This document shows, in pieces, positions 50,586 to 60,510 of a stretch of 64,000 nucleotides of DNA. A model generated the notes under the pieces. It was not told the origin of the DNA, ran no database searches, and worked only from the letters and a program-made list of their open reading frames with translations. The DNA is from Polyangiaceae bacterium. GTDB taxonomy: Bacteria > Myxococcota_A > Polyangia > Polyangiales > Polyangiaceae. A program made the position numbers and the translations under genes. The stretch spans positions 480,001 to 544,000 of the forward strand of contig CBDCTZ010000014.1 of NCBI GenBank assembly GCA_965222375.1, written 5' to 3'. Every line of letters starts with the position of its first letter. Within the stretch, counting starts at the first letter, position 1.

Positions 50586-51800
50586 ATGCGGAAGACGGCA
50601 GTTGTCATCGTAGGAGGCGGACCGGCGGGCGTAGCGACGGCGTTGTTCCTGTCAAATGCCGCGCCAGCGCTGACAGATCGAATCGTCATCCTCGAGAAGG
50701 AAACCTATCCTCGCGAGAAGTTCTGTGCAGGGGCTATTGGCACCCGTGGCGACCGTCTGTTGTCGAGCATAGGTATTACCGTCGACGTTCCCAGCGTGCC
50801 GATCGACGGCATGGCGTTTCGCGCAATAGGCAAGACGACGGTGGTGCGCGACGGCGGTATCGGCCGCGTCATTCGCCGCATCGAATACGATGCGGAGCTC
50901 GCTGGCATCGCGAAGAAGCGCGGGATCGAGATCATCGAGGACGCCAAGGTCGGTTCGATCCGCAGGGCCGCTGATGGATTCGAGGTCGACAGCTCCAAGG
51001 GTGGGTTTTGCTGCTCCGTTCTGATCGGCGCCGACGGCGTGGGCAGCGTGGTTCGCCGTGAGCTGGGCTTTGGGGCCACCCGCTACCGGGCCCAGGCCCT
51101 GGAAATCGACACCGAGGCAGTGGAGGACGACCTGCCGAGGGATGTGCTGCTCTTCGATGCCAGCCATCGACAGTTGCCGGGCTACTACTGGGACTTCCCG
51201 ACGATTGTGGAAGGGCGGGAACTGATGTGTCGCGGCGTCTACCTGCTCAGCTCCGGCGGTGAAACACCGCGCGTCCAGATTCAAGACATACTGGACGCAG
51301 AGCTGGAGCAGCGTGGGCTAGCCTTGAGCCGCTATCGCAAGAAACGCTTCGCCGAGCGTGGGTTCGAGCCGCATCAGCCGATTGCGCAGCCTCACGTGCT
51401 TCTAGTCGGGGAGGCCGCCGGCATCGATCCGGTTACCGGCGAGGGCATTGCTCAGGCACTCTTCTACGGCGCAACCGCTGGCCGCTACATCGCGGATCGC
51501 TTCCCAACGGAGGCTTTCGGCTTCGAGGACTGGTCCGCAGAGGTTCGAAAAAACCACGTCGGGCGCGATCTTCTGGTGCGCGAAAAAGGGGTGCCGCTGT
51601 TCTACGGCGACGCCCGCCCAAGGGTAGAGCGCTTCTTGCACGCGTCTCCCGAGTTTATCCGCCTCGGCCTGCAACATTTTGCCGGCAAACGCTGGTCGAA
51701 ACCTCGGGCCGTGCAAGCAGGGCTGCAGGCGCTCGGGCATACCGCGCTGTGGGGTGCGGCTCGCATCTTCAGCAGCGGCGAGGCTCGGGATTTCGATTGA
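50586..51800 (+). CDS. FAD-dependent oxidoreductase, geranylgeranyl-reductase-like
   Basis: VGGGPAG, YPREKFC, IGADG, YYWDFP, GEAAGIDPVTGEGI. Confidence 0.88.
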   Translation: MRKTAVVIVGGGPAGVATALFLSNAAPALTDRIVILEKETYPREKFCAGAIGTRGDRLLSSIGITVDVPSVPIDGMAFRAIGKTTVVRDGGIGRVIRRIEYDAELAGIAKKRGIEIIEDAKVGSIRRAADGFEVDSSKGGFCCSVLIGADGVGSVVRRELGFGATRYRAQALEIDTEAVEDDLPRDVLLFDASHRQLPGYYWDFPTIVEGRELMCRGVYLLSSGGETPRVQIQDILDAELEQRGLALSRYRKKRFAERGFEPHQPIAQPHVLLVGEAAGIDPVTGEGIAQALFYGATAGRYIADRFPTEAFGFEDWSAEVRKNHVGRDLLVREKGVPLFYGDARPRVERFLHASPEFIRLGLQHFAGKRWSKPRAVQAGLQALGHTALWGAARIFSSGEARDFD

Positions 51801-51874
51801 TTTTTCGGCGGCTTCCGCAGCGGGCCCCCGGCCCCCGTTCGGTCGCGCTGGTTTTGGTGTATGAACGGCGCGTC

Positions 51875-53830
51875 ATGAAATCGCTTGTTCGCGCTACGTG
51901 GGGGGCCAGCGCCCTGTTGCTCACTTTGGCTTGTGGTCCTGGAAAGCCAGCCTCAAAAACCCCCGGCGAGCCGGGAGGTCCGGGCGGAAATACCTTGGCC
52001 TCGGATGGTGTCGCTCCGGATCTGAGCCCCGTCGCGCCGCCGAAGGAGCTGTTCCTCTTGGGCCGTATCAAGAACCCAGCTGCGGTCATGGACGTTGCCG
52101 CGAGTTGGGCTAAGCTGCCCATGGATTGGCGCCGTGAGTTGAGCAAGGCCGAGCCCGGCGTGGATCAGGTTCTGCACTGGGACGCTCCAGTGGAAGTTGC
52201 GGCGGCCTTGGATCCGGGCGGCCGCGGGGACGTGCCCCAGCCTTTCGCGGTGGTTTCCGTGGGCCTGCGCGGACTGGAGCCAGCGTTGGATTTGGTGCGC
52301 CGCTCGGGTGAAAGCGTGCGCCAAGTTCGGGCTGGCGTGTATCGAGTCGGGCGAGGAGGCCCAAGCTGCGTGCTGGCTGCGTCGGTTGGGCCCGCGCCCG
52401 CGCGCATTGTCTGCGGTGACCGCGAAGAAGACCTTGACGCGCTGCTGCCTTATGCGACTCGCGGCCTGCCCAACGAGAACCTCGGCACCAAGGACCTTCG
52501 AATCGAATTGCGCGCTGAACCCTGGCGGCGCAACTACGCGGCGGAACTCCGTCAGGCCAAGACCCTGGCTACGCCATTTGTGCTGCGCAAGATGTCCCTG
52601 GATGACGCGCGCTTCGACCGTCCTCTGGCCGATGCGGTTCACGCTCTGACGGACGAAGCGTTGGCGTTGGTGGAAGACGTCGATCTGGTGCGCCTAGATG
52701 CGTCCGTGAACAAGGGCGCGGGCCATGCTGACGCGGTTTTCTCGGCGAAATTCCGGGGAACCAACTCCTGGGTCGTCACTTCTCTGGTACAGGCTGCCGC
52801 CCGGGCCAACACGGCGCCCAAGGCCTTTTTCAATCTGCCCAAGGATGCCACGGCGGCGAGCTATAGCGTGGCGACGGATCCGAAGCGGGGAGAACCGATT
52901 CGGCGCAATCTGGGTGAGTTGTTGGATGGCTTTTTGGCTCACTCAAAAGTGCCCAAGCGTCTGCGAGATCAGGCCTCGTCATTGCTGGACGAAATGTGGG
53001 TGACCGAGAGTGGCTCTGTCTACGCTCGAGGGGAAGTTCCAGGCTTGCCGGTCCCCAAAGACAGGTTCTCGGCTCAGGAGCGGGAGCAACTGCGGGTCGG
53101 ATTCGGCTGGCACATCGCTGCGATTGAAGAGCCGATGAAGAAGTACAAAACGTATCTCGACCGGATCTTGAAGCTGTACAACGACCGTCAGCTCCGCGCG
53201 ATGGTTCAGAAAGAAATGCACATCAAGCCGAACGAGTGGCCGAAGGCGCGGGTTCGTGGCGGCCGCGGACTGCCGGCGGGCTCTTTGGTCTACGAACTGA
53301 CCCTACCCGGGGAGCTGTTCAAAGACTTCGGCGACGGTCGCGGCCCTGGCAAAGCTGGCAAGGCGCTGCCGATTGTTTTTGTTCTCGTACCTGACGGCAA
53401 GCGCACTTGGTTTGGACTGTCGGCGGACGAAAAACGCCTGATCGAGCGCCTGAGCATCGCCAAGAAGGGCGATGCGGCAAAGACGCTTGCGAGTCGGGCC
53501 GGGCTGTCGAAGATGCGCAGCCGCAAGGCCATCAGTCAGGGCTTTTTCTCGCTAATGACGTTCTTGGGATCGGTGCGCTCCTCGATGATGGGGTTCGCCA
53601 ACCCAAGCTCGGTTCGAGAAATCGAAAAAGTACTCAATGCGATGCCTAACCATGGCGAGACGCCCATGCTCACCGGCTTCACGGTCAGCAGGGGCTCCAA
53701 GCCCGAGCTCCGCTGGACGATTACCGTGCCCAAGGAGGTGTTTGCGGACCTCGGGGCCTTAGGACCTGCCATCGCCGCATCTGCCATGGGCGGCCCACTT
53801 GCGCCGGCGCCCATCGAACACAAGCCCTAA
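51875..53830 (+). CDS. Large hypothetical lipoprotein
   Basis: Lipobox TLAC; long ORF. Confidence 0.78.
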   Translation: MKSLVRATWGASALLLTLACGPGKPASKTPGEPGGPGGNTLASDGVAPDLSPVAPPKELFLLGRIKNPAAVMDVAASWAKLPMDWRRELSKAEPGVDQVLHWDAPVEVAAALDPGGRGDVPQPFAVVSVGLRGLEPALDLVRRSGESVRQVRAGVYRVGRGGPSCVLAASVGPAPARIVCGDREEDLDALLPYATRGLPNENLGTKDLRIELRAEPWRRNYAAELRQAKTLATPFVLRKMSLDDARFDRPLADAVHALTDEALALVEDVDLVRLDASVNKGAGHADAVFSAKFRGTNSWVVTSLVQAAARANTAPKAFFNLPKDATAASYSVATDPKRGEPIRRNLGELLDGFLAHSKVPKRLRDQASSLLDEMWVTESGSVYARGEVPGLPVPKDRFSAQEREQLRVGFGWHIAAIEEPMKKYKTYLDRILKLYNDRQLRAMVQKEMHIKPNEWPKARVRGGRGLPAGSLVYELTLPGELFKDFGDGRGPGKAGKALPIVFVLVPDGKRTWFGLSADEKRLIERLSIAKKGDAAKTLASRAGLSKMRSRKAISQGFFSLMTFLGSVRSSMMGFANPSSVREIEKVLNAMPNHGETPMLTGFTVSRGSKPELRWTITVPKEVFADLGALGPAIAASAMGGPLAPAPIEHKP

Positions 53831-53900
53831 TCTGACGCATCGCGTCAATCCAACAAATTCGTCCAACTGCGTCGCTCTGTGACACCACAAGTGTCGCAGG

Positions 53901-55727
53901 ATGTATGTGCAGCACCGACATCGCTGGCCCTCGATTCCGCTCCTCGGCTCCGAGCGGCTGCCCGGGCTCCTTTGCCTCGTATTGCTGAGTCTGTGTTGGC
54001 CCACCGCCGCCCAGGCCTGGATTGAGACGTCCATTCGCTCGGATGTCGTGGTGCTCGACATCGCCCCCGACGGCCGCACCGAGGTGCATCACGAGCTGGT
54101 CATGCGCGTCCGGGGTGGGCCTCTGAAGGGGTTCGAGCTTCCTGGCGTGGATGCAGACGCGGATCCGCTGCCCAGCGCCACGGTCAGCCCGGTGAATGGT
54201 GCGACCGCTCGGGACATCTATCCGTTGCTCCTGGAGCGGCGGGACGACGGCACGTTGCGCATCGACGTGGATCACGAAAAGGGCCTACGCCGCGGTACCT
54301 ACCTGTTCAAGTTCTCCTATCGCACGAACCTTGCGCAACGCGGCGCACTCAAATCTCGCGGCAATTTCGTGGCCATGCGCTGGGTGGGCCCGCGGTTTTC
54401 CGACGGCGTGGACTCCGTGCGAGTGGTGTTTCGAGTGCCAGCAGCGACGGAGCCGCCGCAACTGGATACTTCGGCCAGCTCTGACGCTCCCGGTGCCGAA
54501 ACGGGCGGTGTCTTCCTCTCGACGCTGCGTCGGGCCCACGACAAGGACGAGCTGGAGGTCGTACGGCCCCACGTTGCCAAGGGCGAACCTGTCGTGTGGG
54601 AAGCGCTGGCCAGTCGTCGCGCATTTCCCGCCTTCGCCCCCACCGAAGGTGCACCGCCGCCTTCGAGCGCAGTCCCGACTCCCTCGCCGGAGCGTCGCGC
54701 GAGCTTCATGGGTGCGCTGCTCGGCGTGGCGTTGATTTACGCGTTGCTCGTCTTCCTGAAAGGCCGCGCCTTGGTGCGGTCCTCGCAGCGTCGCCAAGCT
54801 GCGTGCCGGGCCCTCGTGCCATTGCCCCTCGCACTCCGGGCCGCCCTGTCCGGGGTCGCACTCTCGGCTGCCGTCGCGGTCGCGATACTCACGACCTATC
54901 CGATCCTCGCGGCGGTTCTGATCGTGCTGTCCATGGCGCTGGCAACCCAGTTGGCACCCCGGCGCCTCCCGACCCCGAGAGCTCCGGGCAAGTGGCTGCC
55001 GTTCAGCGAAGACGACGCTTTCGGCATGCCCCCAGAAGCCTTGCCGGGTCGCTGGCTAGACGCGGGTAGCTGGCGCGGGTTCATCCTCTTCGCGCTCCTG
55101 CTGGGAGGGTTCGTGTTCGGCGCGCTGTGGCTACTGCCCCGTTCCGCCTACCACGCGATGATGGCGTTGCTTGCGACGTCGTGCCTCTTGCCCGTGTTCC
55201 TCAGCGGGCGCCAGAGCACCCTGCCGGCGAATCGAGCTCGAGCGCCCATGCGAGTCCTGCAGTGGCTCGCTTCCCGTCTGAAGCGCTTTCGAAGTGTCAA
55301 GGTCGTGCCCTGGGCACGGATTCCGAACGGTTCGTCAGATCCGGACGAGCTGCGCCTGCTGATCATGCCCCGTAAAGCGCTGTCCGGCCTTGCCGCCATC
55401 GAAGTGGGCTTGGAATACGATACCAGCGCTGCGGGAACCATGGAGCTGCCGTGGGTCATCGTGCGAGCAGCAGAGGGCTCCCGCGCTCATGAAGCGTTGG
55501 CGCATCGCGTCGCCTGGTCCCGGGGTCGCAAGGCTAACGAGCGCGTCGCGGTGCTATGGCCCCCTCTACCTACCCGTCAGAGTAGCCTGACCTTGATCTC
55601 GGAGCTGATCGTCCTGTTGAGCGATACGGGCCGGGGTCAATCTGCGAGCAGTGCTGCCAAGTCCAGAGGCAGGTCCTCGGCAACGCTGAAAGCTGGAACC
55701 ATCTCGTCTCCGGCCCACGCCACGTAG
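53901..55727 (+). CDS. Hypothetical membrane protein with exported N-domain
   Basis: Signal-like segment ending AQA, a beta-rich domain, then several TMs. Confidence 0.72.
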   Translation: MYVQHRHRWPSIPLLGSERLPGLLCLVLLSLCWPTAAQAWIETSIRSDVVVLDIAPDGRTEVHHELVMRVRGGPLKGFELPGVDADADPLPSATVSPVNGATARDIYPLLLERRDDGTLRIDVDHEKGLRRGTYLFKFSYRTNLAQRGALKSRGNFVAMRWVGPRFSDGVDSVRVVFRVPAATEPPQLDTSASSDAPGAETGGVFLSTLRRAHDKDELEVVRPHVAKGEPVVWEALASRRAFPAFAPTEGAPPPSSAVPTPSPERRASFMGALLGVALIYALLVFLKGRALVRSSQRRQAACRALVPLPLALRAALSGVALSAAVAVAILTTYPILAAVLIVLSMALATQLAPRRLPTPRAPGKWLPFSEDDAFGMPPEALPGRWLDAGSWRGFILFALLLGGFVFGALWLLPRSAYHAMMALLATSCLLPVFLSGRQSTLPANRARAPMRVLQWLASRLKRFRSVKVVPWARIPNGSSDPDELRLLIMPRKALSGLAAIEVGLEYDTSAAGTMELPWVIVRAAEGSRAHEALAHRVAWSRGRKANERVAVLWPPLPTRQSSLTLISELIVLLSDTGRGQSASSAAKSRGRSSATLKAGTISSPAHAT

Positions 55728-56548
55728 CTAGCGTGCAAGGCATGCCGCTCCGGCAATTCGTCCAGATCGTCCGAACCGTACAGCTCATCTCCGACAATCG
55801 GCGCACCGAGGTGCGCTAGGTGGGCGCGGATCTGATGGCGGTAGGCGCGAGACACGTGAATCTCGACCAACGTCCGTCGGGCGGTGCTCCGGACAATCCG
55901 GTACCGGGTCTCCTGGGCGCGTGCGCCCGGAGGCGGATCTCTATCGTAGACGGCCACCCGTCGCCCTCGGTCGGGATCGGGTCCGACAAACGCATTGATG
56001 GTCCCTTGAGCGGGCAGAGAAGTGGTCGATACCACTGCGAAGTAGCGTTTTTCGATGGCCCCTTGAGTGAGGGCCCGCCGCAAGACTTCGAAAACGCGGC
56101 CAGCTCGGGCTGCTACCAACAAACCACTCGTACCCGTGTCCAGGCGGTGGAGGATGCCCGGCTCCCGTGCTGAGTACCCGACGAAAGCCATCTCCGGATA
56201 ATGACTGAGCAGCGCTCCAGCAAACGTCCCGGGCTCGCCTCGCAGAGGTGCGGTGGCCTGGCCCGCTGGTTTGCTCGCCACGACGAGGTAGTCGTTTTCG
56301 AAGCAAACCTTCAGCGGCGCGTCCGTTTCCAGAGGCACGGGGCAGGCGGCTTCCAACTTGACGACGATATTGGCGCCGACGCGTGCCGGTTCACCTTTTG
56401 CGGCTCGGGTTCCGTCGACTTCCACCCGACCATTGGCAAAGAGCTCGGTGGCGCGACGGCGCCCAAGCCCGCTGATGTGACGCACAACGAGCTTGTCCAA
56501 GCGCTCGCCCTCATCGCTGTCGAGAACAGTGAAAGTAACGTCTCGCAT
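55637..56548 (-). CDS. RluA/RluD family pseudouridine synthase
   Basis: S4-like ERLDK, SKPAG, HRLDTGTSG, HQIRAH, PIVGD, LHA. Confidence 0.92.
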   Translation of the reverse strand: MRDVTFTVLDSDEGERLDKLVVRHISGLGRRRATELFANGRVEVDGTRAAKGEPARVGANIVVKLEAACPVPLETDAPLKVCFENDYLVVASKPAGQATAPLRGEPGTFAGALLSHYPEMAFVGYSAREPGILHRLDTGTSGLLVAARAGRVFEVLRRALTQGAIEKRYFAVVSTTSLPAQGTINAFVGPDPDRGRRVAVYDRDPPPGARAQETRYRIVRSTARRTLVEIHVSRAYRHQIRAHLAHLGAPIVGDELYGSDDLDELPERHALHASYVAWAGDEMVPAFSVAEDLPLDLAALLAD

Positions 56549-57954
56549 CACCAGACCCCGGAGACTCCGCCGCCCCACGCCGGGATCTCCTCGCCCTCTT
56601 CGTCAGTGGTCTGGCCAACGATTCCCGCCCAGGGCTTCAAGGGTAGCGCCGCCTGCTCGTCTTCTGGCTTGGCTGGTCCGGGACGAGTCATCAGATAGGC
56701 GATGGTGCCGCCCGCCACGACGCCCACCCCCACGCTCGCCAAGAAAGCGCGGTCTTTGCCCTCGCTGCGCTCATCGCCGAAGACTAGGGGGCTCGTTCCC
56801 GCCGCTCCGGTGAGCCCGCCTAGGGTCGCTCCCAAGTCGATCAGCAACACCCGAGATGGCGCGATATGGAACTTGGTCGCCAAGGCGCCGAAGACCACGA
56901 CGCCCGCGCCAGCGCCGTAGCCCATGCCGCGAGTTGGCGTGTTTTCCGTGCTGCCTTCGTAGGCCAGCTGTGTGGCGCCGCCCAGGAGTAGTCCGAAGGC
57001 CCCTCCGGAGTGGGTCAAGGTTGCGCCGCCCTCCCCCATGCCAGCAAAAGACAAGGAGGCAGTGGCGAGAGAGACACCCACGCTGGCGCCGAGCAGACCG
57101 TACATGTAGCGATCGGACTCGGGCTCGACACCATAGCCTTCCGCCAACAGCACGCCGGACAGCGTGGGCCACCAAGCGCCCGCAGAAAGGTACCAGGCGT
57201 CACCAAGGCCCACATCCCATTCGTCCGCAATGATCATCGAGCCGCCTAGCCCAATTCCGGTGCCAAGGGCGATGAGCGGATAGGTCAGCCGGTCGTCACT
57301 GGAGCCGCTGGCGCGTTGCAGAGAAAACCCGACGTAGCCGCCGAAGGCTGCGCTGTTGACAGCCAACACGGCCCGACCCTGGGAGCGTGCCGGCACGGCG
57401 TAGCTTGGTGCTCGCGGTTCCTCAGGCGTGTCCTGGCTGAGTCCGTCGCCAGAGCCGCGTCCCGCCTGCACCAGATCCCGGAGCATCACCATGGCACGGA
57501 TGGATACTTCGCGCGGCTCTAGCTCCATGCTCCGAACGAGCACGACTCGTGACCCCGGTGCCACCGCCACTAGGCGGACTCGAAAACGTCGGCCCGAGAC
57601 TTCCAGTCTAGGTGACACGACCCAGCGCTCAGCCGCGCGGGCAACGAGGGCGTCCTCGGTCAGTTCTCGAGCATTGGCCTGCAAGCGCTCGGAGACGTCC
57701 AAGCTGAGACCAAGATCTTGTGCTGCTTCGTGAAGGACGGCATCAAGCTCTCGAGCCCACTTGGACAGAGCTGTCTCATCGCCGGGTTCCGGTTGCGTGA
57801 GCTCTGCAAACTGCCCCGGGGGCGCCGGGGCCGGGACGACCGTGGGCAGCAGCACGACGTCATCCGGCCCCGCCGCGGCGGTTGCCGCAGCACAAGTCAC
57901 GAGCCCTCCCATTAGGGAGGCTGCGACGAATCGTCTGAGGGTCGCTGGCGCCAC
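56548..57954 (-). CDS. Exported Gly-rich hydrophobic hypothetical protein
   Basis: Signal peptide, glycine-zipper-like helices, C-terminal aromatic residue (GVW). Confidence 0.72.
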   Translation of the reverse strand: MAPATLRRFVAASLMGGLVTCAAATAAAGPDDVVLLPTVVPAPAPPGQFAELTQPEPGDETALSKWARELDAVLHEAAQDLGLSLDVSERLQANARELTEDALVARAAERWVVSPRLEVSGRRFRVRLVAVAPGSRVVLVRSMELEPREVSIRAMVMLRDLVQAGRGSGDGLSQDTPEEPRAPSYAVPARSQGRAVLAVNSAAFGGYVGFSLQRASGSSDDRLTYPLIALGTGIGLGGSMIIADEWDVGLGDAWYLSAGAWWPTLSGVLLAEGYGVEPESDRYMYGLLGASVGVSLATASLSFAGMGEGGATLTHSGGAFGLLLGGATQLAYEGSTENTPTRGMGYGAGAGVVVFGALATKFHIAPSRVLLIDLGATLGGLTGAAGTSPLVFGDERSEGKDRAFLASVGVGVVAGGTIAYLMTRPGPAKPEDEQAALPLKPWAGIVGQTTDEEGEEIPAWGGGVSGVW

Positions 57955-58029
57955 TTCCTAGCAAGCCTAAACGCGGTATGCCCGCGCGTGCAATCCGCGC
58001 GCCTCGGACGCGCTGGCGACTGCTGTGAT

Positions 58030-59556
58030 TTAGAACATCACGGTGGCGTTCAGCCACGCATCAAAGGCGTTTGAGTCGTCGACCAAGAACCGCCGACCGG
58101 GTACGTTGATGGCCGCTCGGTAGTTCGGGTTCGGGATGCCCGTAGCGGTATTGGAGCTTCCGCCGAAGCTGCCCGAGCGCGTGGACCTGCATGGGCCGGA
58201 CTTGGTGACATCGTTGCTGAAATCCGGGTTACAGGCCTGGTCGAAGGCGACGAAGTGTGACTGCACGATGGTGTAGCCGCCGCCGAGGCCGAATTTCACG
58301 TATTCGCCGGCTTGCCAGGTGAACTCCGTCGAGAAGGTGTAGCGACCGTGCTGCTGCACGTCGGTGAGCCCGGTGAAGTAGACCTTTTGGGAGCCCGGGT
58401 CGACTTCGGAGCCCCCGGCGCCATCGTCTCGAAAGCTGGAGTAGTTGGGCAGGCGCAGGGAACGCGCATCGCTGGACCCCAAAGCGTCGAACAGCTCCGA
58501 GTAGTCGCGGCCCTCGGAGACGTAGGTGCCCGTGAAGCGGAAGTCGATCGAGACTCGCTGGAACTGGTCGCGGACCTCCCAGGGAATCACCGCCATGCCC
58601 AGGATCATCGTGCCTTGGAGCGGCGGATGGTTGACCAGGGAGCCTTTCAGGTCCGTGGAGCCGTAGTCGCTCGAGTCATTCTGGAACTCGAACAGGGCTT
58701 TGAAACCACCGTAGGGCTCGATGTACTTGATCCGCTTCGAAAGGAAGGTGTGCAGCTCCAGAGCGGTGGTGCCGCGGCTGACGCCCGCCTCCCGTTCCCC
58801 GGAGAAGTTCCCTTCGAGTTGACGCCCCTGCGCGTCCGGGAATTCCCCGCTGACGCCGTTACGGTTGATGTCCGACGGATATGCGCATTTCTTCTGGGGG
58901 CCTGGTTGATTGAGCCCGTTGGTGCTGCCGTTGCAGGCATGCATAGGTTCCGACACATTGAAGCGACCCTCGAGCCCAACGACCCACGTGGGTTTCGTCC
59001 GATCCCGAAACTGATTCATGATCGCGGCGTCCAACCCCACCGCCAGGTATTCGATGCCACTGCGCTTGGGCGACTCGAAGGGCAGGCTGAACACCTGCTC
59101 GCCTGGCGCGCCCTGCAGGATGACGGATTGCTGCGAGTCGCTGCCGTCCAAGCCTTCGAGCTTCCGGCTGTTGGACAAGATGATCGGCAGCCGGAACGTG
59201 AGCGCAATGTCCTTGAATATACCGACACTAGCCTTGGTATTGAGGCGGCTCGTCGTCTCCGAGTACTTCGCGACATTCATGGTGTCGGAGACGTAGCCAC
59301 CGGTGGTCAGGCCGGCTTGATTGATAGCGGACTCACGACGGATCTTCGCGTTCTTCCAGGTTTGTTGGAAGCCCAGTGAAATGTGTAAGTCGAATGGGTC
59401 GTCGCCGTCGAAGGCGTCGACCACTTGGGTGATCTCTGCTGGTTCATTCAGGACGGCAGGCTCACCGGTGAGCGCAGGCTCGTCCGCCCAGGCTACTGGG
59501 GCCAGCGTCAGGGCCGCGAGAACCGGCCCAAAGGTGGTTAGGAAAGACTTTTTCAT
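58030..59556 (-). CDS. Putative outer-membrane beta-barrel protein
   Basis: AWA signal peptide, amphipathic strands, C-terminal AWLNATVMF. Confidence 0.7.
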   Translation of the reverse strand: MKKSFLTTFGPVLAALTLAPVAWADEPALTGEPAVLNEPAEITQVVDAFDGDDPFDLHISLGFQQTWKNAKIRRESAINQAGLTTGGYVSDTMNVAKYSETTSRLNTKASVGIFKDIALTFRLPIILSNSRKLEGLDGSDSQQSVILQGAPGEQVFSLPFESPKRSGIEYLAVGLDAAIMNQFRDRTKPTWVVGLEGRFNVSEPMHACNGSTNGLNQPGPQKKCAYPSDINRNGVSGEFPDAQGRQLEGNFSGEREAGVSRGTTALELHTFLSKRIKYIEPYGGFKALFEFQNDSSDYGSTDLKGSLVNHPPLQGTMILGMAVIPWEVRDQFQRVSIDFRFTGTYVSEGRDYSELFDALGSSDARSLRLPNYSSFRDDGAGGSEVDPGSQKVYFTGLTDVQQHGRYTFSTEFTWQAGEYVKFGLGGGYTIVQSHFVAFDQACNPDFSNDVTKSGPCRSTRSGSFGGSSNTATGIPNPNYRAAINVPGRRFLVDDSNAFDAWLNATVMF

Positions 59557-59615
59557 CCCCAGATGTCGCTAGCGGGACGCTAGCGGCGCACACCCGAAAC
59601 TGTCAACGGAAGCTG

Positions 59616-60500
59616 TCACGGACCTGCCTTTGGCACGCTCTTCCAGCGGGAATTTGCGATCTTCAGACTGCCGGCCAGCCGGCGGAACTCGGCCGGATCG
59701 GGCTCTAAACCGGCTGCCGCCCCAGCGGAGAAGCAGGCCGCCCGAGCCGCCTGGCGAGCCTTGAGGTGGATGGCAGCACGCTCTCCGAGGGGTCCCGAGT
59801 CCGGGCCAGGGGACTTGAGGACCGCTTTGGCCTTCTCCATCGACGCGGTCGCGGTCGCCTCGCACGCCCTGACGAGCTCCTTCGCGCTGGCTGGGCCACT
59901 GGCCACACTCTGTTGTTTGGCGTTCGTGAGGTGAGCGGGCCCGCGCAATTTGCTCTTGGCGGTCGTCGTCAGCCATGCCTCACCGGATACGGCCACGACC
60001 TTGGCGCTCTTGTCCGTCACCGTGACCTTGATCAAAGCGTTTCCGTAGCTGGCCGTGCCCCAAGGGTGCGCAACCACCACTTGCGCACCGGGGCGTGCCC
60101 CGGGCCCCGCCACGGATCGAAGCTCTCCGCGGCTCAGCAGAACGTGTTCATCGCCATTGACGCAAGGCATTGCCCGCGATGGCCCGAACAGCTGCACCTC
60201 ACGAGTGCTCACGGCGTGCCGAACGACGACCTGCGCGTCCTTTTCTAGTTCGAGGAACTGAGTTCCTCTCAGCGCGAGTCCGGCCTTCAGCGGGCCGCCG
60301 CCAACGATGCGGGACTTCCCTGTTGCTTTGACGATGCGGCAGGCGGGCCGCTTCGGTCGTCGAACCGTCGGCCGTGTGGTCGGGACTTTGGGGGCACTGG
60401 ACCGCGGGCGCGAAGCACTACTGGAGCTATCTGCTCCCGCGGTAGAGGGCCTGGTATTGTTGCATCCGCTCAGAGCGACGCCCACGAGCAGGGCGGCCAA
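59616..60500 (-). CDS. Lipoprotein with FecR-like beta domain (start uncertain)
   Basis: LLVGVALSGC; beta-rich segment (VVVAHPWGTA...VVAVSGEA). Confidence 0.6.
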   Translation of the reverse strand: MAALLVGVALSGCNNTRPSTAGADSSSSASRPRSSAPKVPTTRPTVRRPKRPACRIVKATGKSRIVGGGPLKAGLALRGTQFLELEKDAQVVVRHAVSTREVQLFGPSRAMPCVNGDEHVLLSRGELRSVAGPGARPGAQVVVAHPWGTASYGNALIKVTVTDKSAKVVAVSGEAWLTTTAKSKLRGPAHLTNAKQQSVASGPASAKELVRACEATATASMEKAKAVLKSPGPDSGPLGERAAIHLKARQAARAACFSAGAAAGLEPDPAEFRRLAGSLKIANSRWKSVPKAGP

Positions 60501-60510
60501 CCGCCGCAGC

